From assembly GCA_051294375.1 (NCBI GenBank), contig CM119266.1, positions 5,755,053 through 5,819,052 on the forward strand: DNA of 64,000 nucleotides, written 5' to 3'. The notes below the pieces were generated by a model, which was not told the DNA's origin, did not search any database, and saw only the letters and a program-made list of their open reading frames with translations. The DNA comes from Paraspadella gotoi. Taxonomy: Eukaryota > Animalia > Chaetognatha. The position numbers were made by a program, and so were the translations under genes. This document shows, in pieces, positions 37,588 through 51,861 of this stretch; the first letter of the stretch is position 1; every line of letters starts with the position of its first letter.

Positions 37588-40347
37588 CTCTCTCTCTCTC
37601 TCTCCTCTCTCTCTTCTCTCTCATCTCTCTCTTCTTCTCTCTCTCCTCCGACAACAAAAACTCGTTTTTAACGAAGTTCTTTAAGCGAGTTCGGGAAATC
37701 AATTTTTCTTCGGTCCTTCTCGCCAGAAAATTTCAAAAAGTGAGGAAAGTCATTACGTATTTAATTACACGCCCCCCGTTGGGCAACTGGGGATTTCCGT
37801 ATCGGTTCCATTCTCATTCATCTTTTATTCCGATTTCGTTCTCATTATCAAATTACCGTTCATTAAGCTCGAGACGGAAGTTAGTCATGGTCAGTGGAAT
37901 GTCAACAAAACACGAATTTCATGTTAATTAGACGGAAAAGAAATTTTTAAGAATCGAAGACAATCACGAGTTAAAAAGAGAGACAGTGAAAGAATGCTAA
38001 GGAAAAATGAATGATAAAACATTAATAAATAAATAACAGTAGAAGTATTCAAAGAGAGGAAAAATCAAATATTTTAACCTTCGAGACGGTCATTTTGATA
38101 CTTTTTTATTTCTAAAATACAACTACATTATAAAAATAAAAAACAAACAAAAAACAAACAAAAAGATCCCTCCTGCCGCAACTTCACTCACCGATGTCGC
38201 TAATGTCGTCCCTGGCGTCGCCGTATCAAACAAATCGTCGTCGCTATCGTCGTCGTTTTTGTCGCCGTCGTTTTTTTCTGTCGCCGGCAGAGGCATCGCC
38301 GTCTCCGTCTACGCCCACGCGGTTTTAATGGGATTTTGATGAAAATTAATTGAGTGATGAATGCGGTTGTGAATGAAGGGTTGAATAAATAACGCAATCA
38401 ATGAAATAGTCAATTGATGAATTTTGGTAAAAATTGCATGAGGGTCGTTTTCACTGCCTACCTGCTATTCTAAGTGTGCAAAATTATAATTAAAAAGACG
38501 CAACCGAACCGTCATTCTAGAATTACAAAATTAATTATTCCTTATCCAAATGAACGGTTTTTCTCCAACAGCAAACCTCACCCAAGCATTTATCTACATC
38601 TTCCCAATCCGATTTTCGGACGACTGGACACCCCATCAATTTAAATCACACCATCTCTGAGCCACTAAACCAGCCCTTCAGGGTCCACTCCATTAAGAGG
38701 GTAACCTGCATAAATTAATTTCTGGGCGATAACGCAGACCACTCCATCAACCCCAGCACTACTGGTCACTCCATCACTGCCGACTCACCTTGGCGACAAG
38801 TCATCTTGTTCTTCCTTCTTTGAGTCTCCTCCTCGCGTTGGCGAACCAGTTCGAGACTTGAGTCAGCCGTCAATCTTTCGTGATGATCGCCAGCATGATC
38901 TTTTCGCCTGGCGGAGGAAATGAACAACTTTTTGTGAAAAAAAAAACAGAAAGAACAACTCTTGAAGTTTTTTTGTATAAAATTAGTAGCAAAATTATGA
39001 AAATTATTCATTTATTTATAAAATAAGGCTATCTTGCTCTGATTTGGACAGGCTTTGGTGGTTAAGGTCTACATCATTCCTTCAAGATAAGACATAGCAG
39101 GTCCCCTGCGAGCTTTCAATCAAGACTCTCTCACAGTCCTCGTTTATTCACTCCCAGAGTACCTGGCTTCCCTATCAATGAAGTGGTAATAATAATTTTA
39201 ATTGAAAAGTAAAAAGACAACTTCCCTCACTAGAAATTTTACTTCTAACTCGTCCTCTCAATTCCTATTTTCCCGAAAGTCAACTTATCCTCGATGGACT
39301 AAACCGAAAATGGAACCCAAATGATTAAGGGTAAGTACTCCTTTTCCAATCAACGATAAATTACCTTTTGTCGGGTAAAGATTTCTTCCGATGTTCATAG
39401 AGCCACGCCTTTCACGTCGAAGTCGGTTTCTCACGTCGCGTTTTTTCCTTTCGCGCTCGTTCAAGTCCATTGGGCCGTAACTGAGGGAGAGAAAGTTTTG
39501 TTCGGTTGAAATTGTTACTTTAATTTATGTCCATGATGTAAAAAAATATAGAAATAACTAATAAGGACTCCAAATCATTTAGAAACTACATACAGATTAA
39601 AAGGATTCAATAACTAAGTCAGGGAGCGAGAAAAGTTTAATTTATTGGAAATGAATGGACAATTTTGTATTTATTGCATCAGTTTAATAATAATTTATTT
39701 ATTTATAACATAAGCGCTAAGATTATTAATTTTGAGCTTCGTCTTTTGATCTTTAAAAAATTTTTTATCTTCATTTCCATTCTCCAAACTTTTTCTCTGT
39801 CTTCATTCGTTCCCAACCCTCCTCTTCTCGCTCTCCTTCCCTCACTCTTCCCCCCTCTCTCTCTCTCCTTCTCCCCTCTCTCTCTCTCCCTCTCCCCCCT
39901 CTCTCTCTCCCCTCTCTCCTCTAGTCTCCTCTCTCTCCCTCTCCCATCTTATCTCCTCTCCCTCTCCCCCCTCTATCTCCCTCTCCCCCTCTATCTCTCT
40001 CTCTCCACCCCCTCTTCTCTCTCCGGCGTTACAATTTTTCCAGATGCAAAATAGAGAGAAGATGTTCTTTTCTTTTGAACGGAAATCGACCGGAAGAGGA
40101 TCTGATGTCGGGAGAGAGAGGCCTATCGATTTCTCCCTTCATAAGCGCCATCTCTCTCTCTCTTCTCTCTCTCTATCTTCCTCTCTCTCTCTCTGAGTAA
40201 TCAGTTTTCCTCTATTTTTCCTTAACCATCTCCCGAAACAAGACGCCATCGCAAATTTTTCGTTACGAAGTTTTTTTTTTTCTTTTTTGCCGAATGGATT
40301 TTTAGTCACGTTGATTGAAAAAAGGGAACGATATTCGCGAACAGAGA

Positions 40348-40379
<32 letters not shown>

Positions 40380-41845
40380 ATCTCTCTCTCTCTTCTCTCT
40401 CAGAAGTCGTCGTTAGAAAATCGAGAGGAAATAAGTATTATTAAAATGAAAATTGATATGACTTTCTCCATGAACTGAATATAATGAAATAAATGAAGAG
40501 GAGTGTTAAATTCGGAAATAATAAAAATGAAACAGATGTAACTAAATCAAAACGAATTGAATATAATTGAAAAAGCCATGAAAGTGAACGTACTGAAACT
40601 AATAAAATGAAACGGAACGCCAATCTTATATCCAAATGAACTGAAATCTAATTGAAAGCAATGAAGTGACTGAGAGTAGAAAGTCCGAACTGGAATATAA
40701 TTACGACTCAACAAAATGACTAAATGAAATCTTTTTTTCTTTTTCCGTCAAAAAAGATTTGAAAGAAAAATAGCAAGAAATTTACGAGTTATAAGAAAAG
40801 AATCAGTTAACGATGAAACCGAGTCCACTTCGAGTTTGGAGGACGAACGACGACGACGACGAACGACGAAAACGACGACGAACGACGAACGACGACGAAA
40901 GCATTTTCTTATCAGAAGAGACCATCTATGTTAAACGGGAAAGTCCGTGCTAATGCCGCTTATTTTATAAGATTCCAGGGACATTAAATAGTTATCAATT
41001 AATAATTTATGGGTATTTGTAATTAGGTTTATGTATATGTTATATTTTTATCCTTATTTTTTTTTTTTTTTTCTTATTCTTTATTCTTTCAAGCCAATAT
41101 GCCATCTTTACGGCGAAGCGAGGCGCTAGCATTAATTCAGGGGTAAATCTCCTCATCTCTCTCGTCTCCTCTCTTCTCTCTCTCTCTCTCTCTTTCTCCT
41201 CTCTCTCTCTCTCCTCTCTTCTCTCGGCGGGAGGTTAAATTACTAAGAGATTACGGAGGTTGGAGGCAGAAGTCCGAAGAAGATTTATAAGGAGATGAAA
41301 CAAATGAGCATTCGCTTTTAAATTTATCACGTTTTTTTTTCAACAGCTAATTTTTTAATATTTTTTTCTTCCGAAAAGTAGAAAATTGATTCCGTGAATT
41401 TAACTAGAATAGAACGACGACCGAATTTCGTTAGTTTTGGTTTGTCACTTATTTAAAATTTACATGTAATTAACGTTTTCTTTAACCTTGATTACCTTTT
41501 TGTTCGTTTCTTTGTTATATTCCAATTTTTGGTTAATTTATTTCGAGTTTTGTATTCATAAGTTTTTTTCTTTAAAAAGGCTTAATCTCATTAATCTTAT
41601 TAAGTTGTACTATTTTAAGGGTTTTTAAAAGCTATGTTTAAGTTCACTTTTCGTTCGCTTTGTTAGTTATGTTTGTTTTGTGAGTTCGTTCCTTAGTTTT
41701 GTTCTTTTGTCCGTTAGTTCGTTATTTTCCTTCTTCTTCTTTTCAATCATCTTGGAACGAAGTCCAAAAGTTTTAAGCCTATTTTTTCTTCAAAAGAAAA
41801 TCCATCCAAAATAACAAAACACCGCAACACAACATTTCTCTCTTT

Positions 41846-41877
<32 letters not shown>

Positions 41878-42995
41878 CTCTTTTCTTAAACGTTGGAAAG
41901 AGGCGCAAAACAAATAACAATAAATAATCCTAATTCTTTTCCACATTCGATCCCTGATCTCTCTCCTCTCTCTCTATCTCTCATTCTCTCTCTTCTCTCT
42001 CTCTCCCTTCTCTCTCTCTCTCTCTTCTTCTCTCTCTCATCAACCTTAGAAATGATCTCTTTTCTCTCCCTGTTTTTTTCTTTTTTTAATGAAAGAAAAG
42101 AAAATAGAAGAGAAAGAGAGAAAGGAGAGAGAGGAAGAGAGAGAAGAGAGAGAGAGAAGAGATCACCAATAATCCCATTGGTATAAAAAAAAACGAGGGG
42201 AAAAAGTCCGGAAAATCCAAAACAGAATTCTCCGGTGCGTGGAATGTGTGTCCCCAAATCTGTCTAGAATCTCATCTCTCTCTCTCTTCTCTACCTCTCT
42301 CTCATCTCTCTCTCTCTCTCTCTCTCTCCGTCTCTCCTCTCCCTCTGCCTCCTCTCTCTCTCTAGCTCTCTGCACGAAATTTCATTTTTAGTTTTAGCAA
42401 ATTTCACATTTTTCGAAGTTGGCCCAAATTTGCGGCAGTTCCTCGCTCTAATCCGTAATTACATTTATTCTAAACATTCTTTATACTCCTGTCTCTCTTT
42501 CGATCTCAATTTCGTCACCTCTCCCTCTCAATCTCCACTCTCTCCCTCTCTATCCATCGCTCATAAATCTCAACTCCTCCAAATTCGATTGCCCGGTGCA
42601 AATTCGTATCGGCATTTCGAATTTTAATTCAATCCTGTACCCATTATCACATCCTTCTCCGTTACAACGCCTCGCTTATTCTTCGACTCTCGAAACATCG
42701 CTTCCCCACGAGGCCGTCGACCGCCCCCCCCCCGCTGTGGATCTCAAGACTTGTCTCACCGGCGAAAAACCTCACCATCTCCCGCCTCACCATATTCCTC
42801 ACTCCCTCACCTGACTTTAAATCCGGTCACGTGACCAAAGTCGAGAAAAAACAAAACAAAAGGGACATCGACCCCAGAGAGAGAAAAAAAGAGGCCAAAA
42901 TCGAAGGGGCGTTGGTAAACCAATCGGAGGAGGCGTGTAAGAATGACCGGAAATGAGAGGGGACGGAGAAGGAAGAAGGAAAGGTGAGTGGAGAG

Positions 42996-43033
<38 letters not shown>

Positions 43034-43590
43034 AGGAGAGAAGAAGAGAGAGAGAGAGAGAGAGAGAGAGGTGAAGTCTGGGACTGTATTAAAAGGAAAA
43101 ATGTGAAGAAGAGAAAAAGAGGGGCGGAGTCCGAACCGAATCGAGAGAGTAAGAATCATTAGGATTCCTTGTTTGTTGTTGTCGCTTTTCCGTCTTGTGC
43201 GTCGTCTTAATTGTCATTGTCAGCGTCGTCGTTGACTTGAGCTACAATCGTTGCATCTCTTTTTATCGTCATTATCGTCTTATTAAATCTTTCGTCTGTC
43301 AAATTCGGCCACGTCCTCTTTTTTCGTCGTCGTCGTCGTCGTCCGTCGTCGTCGTCTTCGGTTTTTCATTTCGTCTTAATTTCATCGTCGTCTTTGTTAT
43401 CTTCCGTGAATTTATTATTATCATTATTACTATATAATCCATTAATAATATTAATTATTAATCATTAATATTCATTGTCGACATACATCTTTTTCGTCAT
43501 TTAGGTGTACAATGTTACAATTAACATTTCGTCGTTTCCTTTGTCCGCGTCTTAGTTTTTGGTTGNNNNNNNNNNNNNNNNNNNNNNNNN

Positions 43591-43626
<36 letters not shown>

Positions 43627-45293
43627 TTTCGCCAATTCGTCAAACACTCGAAAATCCGTCCACTTTTCCGCTGAGATGATCGTCTTTTATGGATGGAATG
43701 CGTGCGAAGGATCGGGGGCAGGGCTTTTATTGGCCGCGCAGGAGCGGAGAAAAGGGGCCGAGCGGTTTCGAGGGCCTCCGGAGGTCGGTAGAGGGGTCGT
43801 AAGGGGCTGTGGGAGAGGGCACGAAGGTCTGGACAATAAGGCAGTGGGCAGTGGNNNNNNNNNNNNNNNNNNNNNNNNNNNNNNNNNNNNNNNNNNNNNN
43901 NNNNNNNNNNNNNNNNNNNNNNNNNNNNNNNNNNNNNNNNNNNNNNNNNNNNNNNNNNNNNNNNNNNNNNNNNNNNNNNNNNNNNNNNNNNNNNNNNNNN
44001 NNNNNNNNNNNNNTGGGCAGTGGGCAGGGGAAAGGGAATTTATAAAAATAAAGAGAGAAAATTGTTTGAGTAAGAAAGGAAAAACTGAAGTAACTCAAGT
44101 TACATTTTTTTCTTTTCTTTTTTTTTTTTACTTCGTGACCAAACGTTAAATATTTAAATATTTAAAAGATTATCAATTATTTTTACGTGTCGAGACTTTG
44201 TCAAATTTTTCTGAAAAATGCTTTTTAAATTTAATAGTTGCTATTTCTATTAAACGAAGCTCTGTGTTTAAGCATGAGAAGCAAAGGCGAGGATATAAAG
44301 AAAGAAAAGGTAAAAAGAGAGTTAGGGTAAGTTAAAAATTTTTTGTTCACGTCAAATTTGGTCCTGACGACGACGACGATAACGATGACGATGACGACGA
44401 CGATGACGACGATGACGACGACGAAAACCATGATGACGACAACGACGACGACGACAACGATGACCGACGCCTCATTTACAACGACATAACTGAAGATGAT
44501 GACGATGAATGAATTTATGATGAATTTGTCGACGACGACGACGACGACGACGATCGCTAATCCAGGTGCGGCGATCAAAAAAAAGGCGCTCTTTTCCCAG
44601 ACTGCCCTATTTCCGTTTTTTGCTCTCTTTTCCCAGACTGGCCCCATTTCCGTTTTTTGCTCTCTTTTCCCAGAGTGCTCTATTGCTGTTTTTGGCTTTC
44701 TTTTCCCAGAGTGTTTCATTTTTGTTTTTTGACTTTTTTTTCACAGAGTGTCTCATTTCTGTTTTTGGCACTATTTTTTTTTAATTTAATTTTAATTTTT
44801 ATATTTAATTTAAATATATTTTTAAATTTTTAAAATAACTCTAACGTCTAACCTAACCTTTAAAAAAAATTAATTTAATTCCAAATTTGAGATAAAACGG
44901 GGCGTTCTGGGAAAATAAGGCCAAAAAGGCGACTTACCCTTTTCCAGGAAGATTTAAACTCTTTCCTCATCCATCATCTCCTTAAACGGACCAAAGAATT
45001 CCGCCGCTGCCGCAGTAGAAGCCGCGGCTGCCGGGTAACCTGATCTGCGGCGAATCCTGCGGCCGCTGCTTAAAATTTTCTGCCGCTGCTGGTTTGCTCC
45101 TCTCACTTTTATCTGTTTTATAAAGTCTTTGGAAACAATATTTTGGGAGGGAGAGAGAGGGGGAGAGAGAGAGAGCGAATTTATACTCTGGGAGAGAAAA
45201 ATTCTTAAAAAATGATTCTTAAACGTGAGGAGATAAAAAAGAATGAAGAGAAGAAAGAAAGAAAATGACATGAAGAAGAAAACATAAAAATAC

Positions 45294-45356
<63 letters not shown>

Positions 45357-45579
45357 TAACAGTTTAAAATCGGAAGCGCCTCCGATGAAAATGTCATTTC
45401 GCATCATAATTTATGAGGGAAATTTCGGGTTTTAATCGATTTTCTTGTCATCGTCGTCGTCTTTGTCCTCCTTCGACAATTTCTATCTTCCATGTCCTTT
45501 TTTATATCGACTTTGTCCTTCTTTCTGTTTCTCTTGTCTTTTTCGTTTTCTTTGTTACGATTTTGTCTGTTTTATGACC

Positions 45580-45618
<39 letters not shown>

Positions 45619-46055
45619 TGATGACGACGACCATTATTTTGATTTTTGATGGCATCGAGTGACATCAAAAACTCGAATTAAGAAAAGAAACTGACTTTTT
45701 TATTTTTTTCTTGAGCGAAAAGGAAAAAAAGATCATACGTTTTAAATTTGAAAACCAAAAAAAAATATGAGAATTTGAACAAAATCCAAACAAGTTGAGA
45801 AACTGTCAACATAAAAAAAAAACATTTAATCGGAAAAAAAGGGAAAACAAAAGAAAAAAAAATAGAAAGAAAATTGAAGAAAAGAAAATGTTTTCTGCTT
45901 TTGTTTTTTAATTTAAGAAAAAAAACTTTCACGCGTCAAAAACCGACGACAACAACAACAACAATGAATTTTGACAATGCGCTTCACCCCTCCCTCCCCC
46001 CCCCCTTTTAACCGCGGAGAAATAGACAATCCTTATTTCCAAATTTTTTTTGACG

Positions 46056-46101
<46 letters not shown>

Positions 46102-46178
46102 TCACTCTCTCTCTCTCCTTGTCATTTTTTACTTCAAAACTTTTAATTGTTTTTTTTCAATTCGGTTGAAAGTTCTTT

Positions 46179-46264
<86 letters not shown>

Positions 46265-48443
46265 CGGCTTTCTCTTTTTTTAAAATCAGACAATCGAATG
46301 AATAATCGCCCCATTTTTTTTATTTATTTCTTTTTCAGAAAGAAAAAGAATTTCTTTTTTGTTTTCTTTTTCTTTCTATATATATTTTGTTTCGTCTTTT
46401 GTTTTTTCCCCATTTTCAACCTTAATTCCCCTTTTCTCCGCCAGGGTCCGACATCGACGTCGTCTCGGACAACGAAGGCGACAACAACAACGACAAACGT
46501 CGTCCCTTTTTACCGACATCTTCCTCTTTGTCGTCTCCGCCGACCGACGAAATTCTGGGTCGCCCGACGCCGCTGACCGACGCCCGGCGCCTCCAACCCC
46601 AACCGCCCCCGCATCTTCGCCCGCAGTCGCCCACAATAGCCCGTCTCCGGCCCGACATCCACAGCCCGGGCCTGCCCGAACGACGACCGCTGGGACCCGC
46701 GACGATCGACAACAAAGCCGACGATCTGTCCCTGAACGGAACCGACAAGATCCAAGCCGCCAAGACCGACAAACCTCGAATCTGGTCGTTGGCCGACACG
46801 GCGACGTCGTCTTCTCCCCCACCCTCGGCGCCATCTAACCCCGCCCACCGTAAGACGCCGCCAACGCTGCCACGTTCCTTCCCTTCTCTTCGTCATCATC
46901 CTTACGCCGCTCCGACGCTTCAGACTTCCGGCGGCGTGGCGCCACTTACCTCGGCGGCGTTGGCCGTGGCGGCGGTGGGCAGCTTCACTCCCGCCATGAG
47001 TCATTTACGCAATTGGGTCGAATCGGGAGTCTTTCACACGGAACATCCCGCCGCCGCCGCCGCCGCCGCTGCAGCCGCCGCGGCAGGCAACCCTTTTCTC
47101 TCTCCTCCTCCACCTCACTTGGCTTCACCCGCAGCAGTCACCACCTCTCACCCACTCGCTCCCAACTCTACCCCTTCCCTTCTCCCTCACCATCATCCGC
47201 TGCAGGATCGACCGCGTTCGCCCGGCAGCGCGGCGGCTCATCACGCCGCAGCGGCGCAGCTCGCAGCAGCCATGCAGCAGCAGCAGACGCAACAACAACA
47301 GCATCACCATCATCAGCGCGCCNNNNNNNNNNCGGCGGCGTCTGCCCTCGCCGCCGGCGCTCATCCCACGCCCATTAGACCGTCGCCTCATCTTCTCGGT
47401 TTTTCGACGCCGGGAGCGCCGCCTCGTTCGCCGGCGGCGCCGATTCCGACGCCGGCGACGCTGCCTTCGATCTCACAACGAATTCCTCCGACGGTCGGAT
47501 CTCCAATCGCTGCGAACTCTAGTCTAAGATCATTACAAAGTAAGTCGCTCTCTCTCTCCTCTCTCTCTTCTCTCGTCTCTGGTCTGTATTCTAAATTAAA
47601 ATAGTATTTATTGTCAAACATGAAATGCGTGCCTAAACTTTCTTTTCATTGAAACAAAAAGCTATCTTGCCCCTAACTTTGGACGGTTAATAGTGAGTTA
47701 GGACTTCTATCCGTTTTCCAAGACCATCACAGTCAAGTTTATCACTTTTCATCTTCGTCATTATCGTCATTATCACATCGATTCTCACATCATCACAAAT
47801 CGTCACATTTCACCGACTTTTGTTTTCACCAAGCTTCCTCATCGTTGTCACCTTTCTTCCTTTGCTTTTTGCGCTTCGTTCGTATTGAAGCAACACTTAG
47901 GAATCCGTCCATCCGTCTGTTTGTCCGTCCATTGTTCTCAGAGTGCCCCTATACGTCTGCCCCTTTTCTCTCTGTCTTTGCCCGCCCGGTCGAGATCATT
48001 TATCTCACAAGATTCAGGGTATCACAATTGTGACATCTCTCTCTCACTCTCACTATTGTGACATCTCTCTCTCACTCGTTGCCTGTTTATGACTCTCTCT
48101 GTCTCCGTCGTTCTCACCGGTAATTGCCGATTAATGTGTTGTCTCCTTCTCTGTCTGAAACATTTTTGCTCTCAGTTTTTTTAGTTATCTCTCTCTCTCT
48201 CTNNNNNNNNNNNNNNNNNNNNNNNNNCCGTCGGGTCTTTCATCACCTTCCCGTTCATCGTCTCGTCGTTACGTCTGTCATCGTCGTCGCGTCGTCTCTC
48301 TCCGTCCCTCTTCGTCTCGTCCTCGTCCGTCGTATCTTTGCGCGGTGTTGATGAATTTATTGTCTAACATTTCAGAAGGAGAGAGAAAAAACAAGAATCA
48401 TCTCAAGTTTGCGTGCTGTGAGGCTTATTACTCTCTCCCACCA

Positions 48444-48495
<52 letters not shown>

Positions 48496-49046
48496 TCTCT
48501 CTCTATCTCGGCGTTCGCTCTGACCAGAGCTCGCAATAATCTAAATGCATAATATTGATTATCTTGAGACGTTTCTCCTTCTTTTTTTTTTTCTCTCTCT
48601 CTCCTTCCTCCTTTTTTTTCTTCCTCCCCTTGCCCGAAATAGAAAGAAGAAAAATAATAGAGAATGAAGAGGATAGAGGGAGATGGAGGAGAGAGGAGAG
48701 TGTGATTGAGGATGAGAGAGAAAGAGGGAGATGGAGGTGGGAGGAGAACGACGAGTCTGAGAGGGGGAGAGAGACGAGGAGATGAGGACAGAAGGTTAGA
48801 AATTTCTTTCGAAGTGAAGAAATAAGAAAAAAATTAAAAAGTGGGGGAGAGGAAAGAGAGAGAGAGAGAGATTTGAGCGAGGGAGGGAGGGACGAGAGCG
48901 ACGAGGAGAGAGAAAAGAAAGAAAGAAGATAAAACAAGACTGAAGAAGAAAGAAAGGAAAGAAAGAAAGAAAGAAAGAATACAAAAGTATCTTTCATGTG
49001 GACAAAAAGTTCGGTAGAAGATTTTCGCTAATGGGCGAGAGACAGA

Positions 49047-49080
<34 letters not shown>

Positions 49081-49381
49081 GAGAGATGAGAGAGAGAGAT
49101 GAGAGGAGAGAGACGAGGAGAGAGACGAACTTTGTTGTCGCATAATTCGATCGAAATCACGAGATTTCTTTTGAATTTCGCGACTAAAGCATGAAAAATT
49201 TTCCAGCAGAGAGAGAGAGAAAGAGAAAGATAAGAGAGAGAGGAGATGGAGATGAGATGAGACGAGATGAGAGAGAGAAGATAAGAGAGGAGAGAGAGAG
49301 ATAAAATAAGCCTCCACGCAAACTTTGAGTGATCTTGGTTTTTCTCCGAAATGTTAGACAAATTCATCACCGACGCAAGAA

Positions 49382-49412
<31 letters not shown>

Positions 49413-49599
49413 ACGACGACGACGATGACGACGACGGCGGCCATTATCATTCCACTAGGGCGAACCTTTGTTAAATGGCAGCGGGGATCGTCGATTCCCT
49501 TTCGATTTCCTTACTTTTTTATTTCTTTATTTCTTTCTTTCTTTCTTTCTTTCTGTCTGTCTCTCTATCTTTCTTTCTTTATCTTTTTCTTTCTATCGC

Positions 49600-49658
<59 letters not shown>

Positions 49659-50669
49659 CTCTTTCTTTCTTTCTCTTTTTCTTTCTTTCTTTCTTTTTTT
49701 TATCTTTTTCTTTCTATCTTTCTTTCTTTCTCCTTTTCTTTCTTCCTCTGTCGCCTTTTTTTCCATTTTTTTAATTTTCCTTATCCCTTTTGCCCTTTTA
49801 ACACTTTTCCCAACACAAGAAAGAATTTAGTTTTTTCTTGATCTAGAATTCCGTTGTTGTTGTTGTTGTCCTTTTTCTTTGTCGTTTTTACATTGAAACA
49901 TCTTTACATCGGATCTTTAAAGATTCCGACGTTTGACCTTAAAATTTGGTTTTAGATTTGATAAATTTTCTATCTTATATTTCTGGTGTGAGTAAATATT
50001 TATCGTACCAAAAAAATAATAATTTGTTTCATTAAATTGATAAGCTAAGTCGTTCAAAAGACCCTCAGGGCGAAACAGTTTAAAAATCGATCAAAATCGC
50101 TTTTAATGAATCTAAATTAAACTCATTTAATCAAATTTAATTAAATTAACTTCAAAAACCTTTTTGTAGAGAAAAAAAAAAGATAAACAGTTTTTCCACA
50201 AACAAAACTGATTGCAAACAATATTTTATCGGACTTTTTTCTTTTTACCCTTTTTTTTATTTTTCTGCTTCAATCTTTTGTTTTTTCTCTCTTTTTTTTT
50301 AGCCTCGAAAAAGTTCGAATTTCAATTACATCCGCCGAAGAACGTGTTTGAACAGCGGTTGAGACTCTGAGTCTCCGTATGAAATTGGAAACCCACGGCC
50401 TTTCGAAAGCATGAGCTCGAAAGAGAGCACCTTAATTTTTTTTTTTTGAGGCAAAAATCTTTCGATATTAAAAAAAAAAAAGAATGTTATTTTTAAACAA
50501 GGGTTTGTCTATTAGCGGGTATTGATATTAAACTAAGCTTGTCGTCGTCGTTGTCGTCGTCGTCGTCGTCGTCGTCTGCTCGTCAAAAACTTTGGCATTG
50601 CGTTCCACATCCTTTGATGGCGATAATCCTTTTAAGCTCAGTTGTCTTCGTTTTTGTTTGACATCAGCA

Positions 50670-50707
<38 letters not shown>

Positions 50708-51825
50708 TGTTGTTTTTCCGTTTCTGCCTTTTGTTTTTTTCTTTTTCACATTTCAAAAATACGGTTTCCATTGGCTTAAGACTTCATCGTCGAATCCCAC
50801 GGAAATTCAATTATTGAAACGAATTCTTAATTCTCTCTCTCTCTCTCTNNNNNNNNNNNNNNNNNNNNNNNNNNNNNNNNNNNNNNNNNNNNNNNNNNNN
50901 NNNNNNNNNNNNNNNNNNNNNNNNNNNNNNNNNNNNNNNNNNNNNNNNNNNNNNNNNNNNNNNNNNNNNNNNNNNNNNNNNNNNNNNNNNNNNNNNNNNN
51001 NNNNNNNNNNNNNNNNNNNNNNNNNNNNNNNNNNNNNNNNNNNNNNNNNNNNNNNNNNNNCAATCGATTGAATTCCTTTCGATTCTTTTCATTTCCCTTC
51101 AACTTTCGTCAATATTCATCCTTCATCTCCCACAGATTTTCCACACTTTCCCATTTGCTCCCCACAGATTCGCCCACTGATTTCTCCCCACAAATCTCTC
51201 GCCCACAAACTCCCGTCTTCCGTCTTTTTCGGTTTCACCATCTGTTTTTTCTATTGATTCTTTCTTTTTTTTTCTTTTTCTTTTTAAAATCGAGACTCGA
51301 TGGCCTCTTTTCCTCCATTTTTTCTTTTCTTTTCTTTTCCTCCATTTTTTTCTTTTCTTTTCTTTTCTTTTTCTTTTCTTCTTTTTTCCTTTCCTCCATA
51401 ATTCTACTATTTTTTCTACCTCCTTTTTTTTACCCGAGGACTCGAATTTTTACCGCTAAATGTCTGATTTACTGCAAGTTGCAAGTTACTGCAAGTTAAT
51501 TTGGTTTTTGTTTTCCTGTCATATTATATATTATTATTATTATATCATATTATATCATTAACGAAAACGAAAAAGTTAAATAACTTTTTATTATGTAACC
51601 ACCGACGTTTAATAATCTGTAAAAACATCGCTGCGCAGTTAATTGATTGAATGATTGTTTGATTGATTCAGAGTTAATTAATTAATTAATTAATTATTTT
51701 TTTTTATTCCATGCTTGTTTATTTGATTTGCTTATTTCTCTGCTGTATTTTTTTGCCGATAGATTGAATTATAGTTCAAACGAATGAATAAATATTTAGA
51801 TTGACTGATTACATTTTCGATTTCG

Positions 51826-51861
<36 letters not shown>

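Larger units (their letters stand above)
28985..43565. repeat. Large inverted duplication: ~28985..36043 versus 36243..43565
   Basis: Colinear reverse-complement match through introns and exons 5-7; right arm ends at a 25-N gap. Confidence 0.96.

Noticed and set aside
38766-39480. Second Irx paralogue on the minus strand
   Set aside because: Introns are as similar as exons, differences are indels, and there are no N-terminal or IRO-box exons; it is part of the fold-back duplication.
44590-44770. ~36-bp repeats resembling a CRISPR array (also 61935-62070)
   Set aside because: Contiguous degenerate units without unique spacers, in a eukaryotic intron with no cas genes.
46359-47004. Alternative-frame and antisense ORFs over Irx exon 8
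   Set aside because: Shadows of GC-rich coding sequence.
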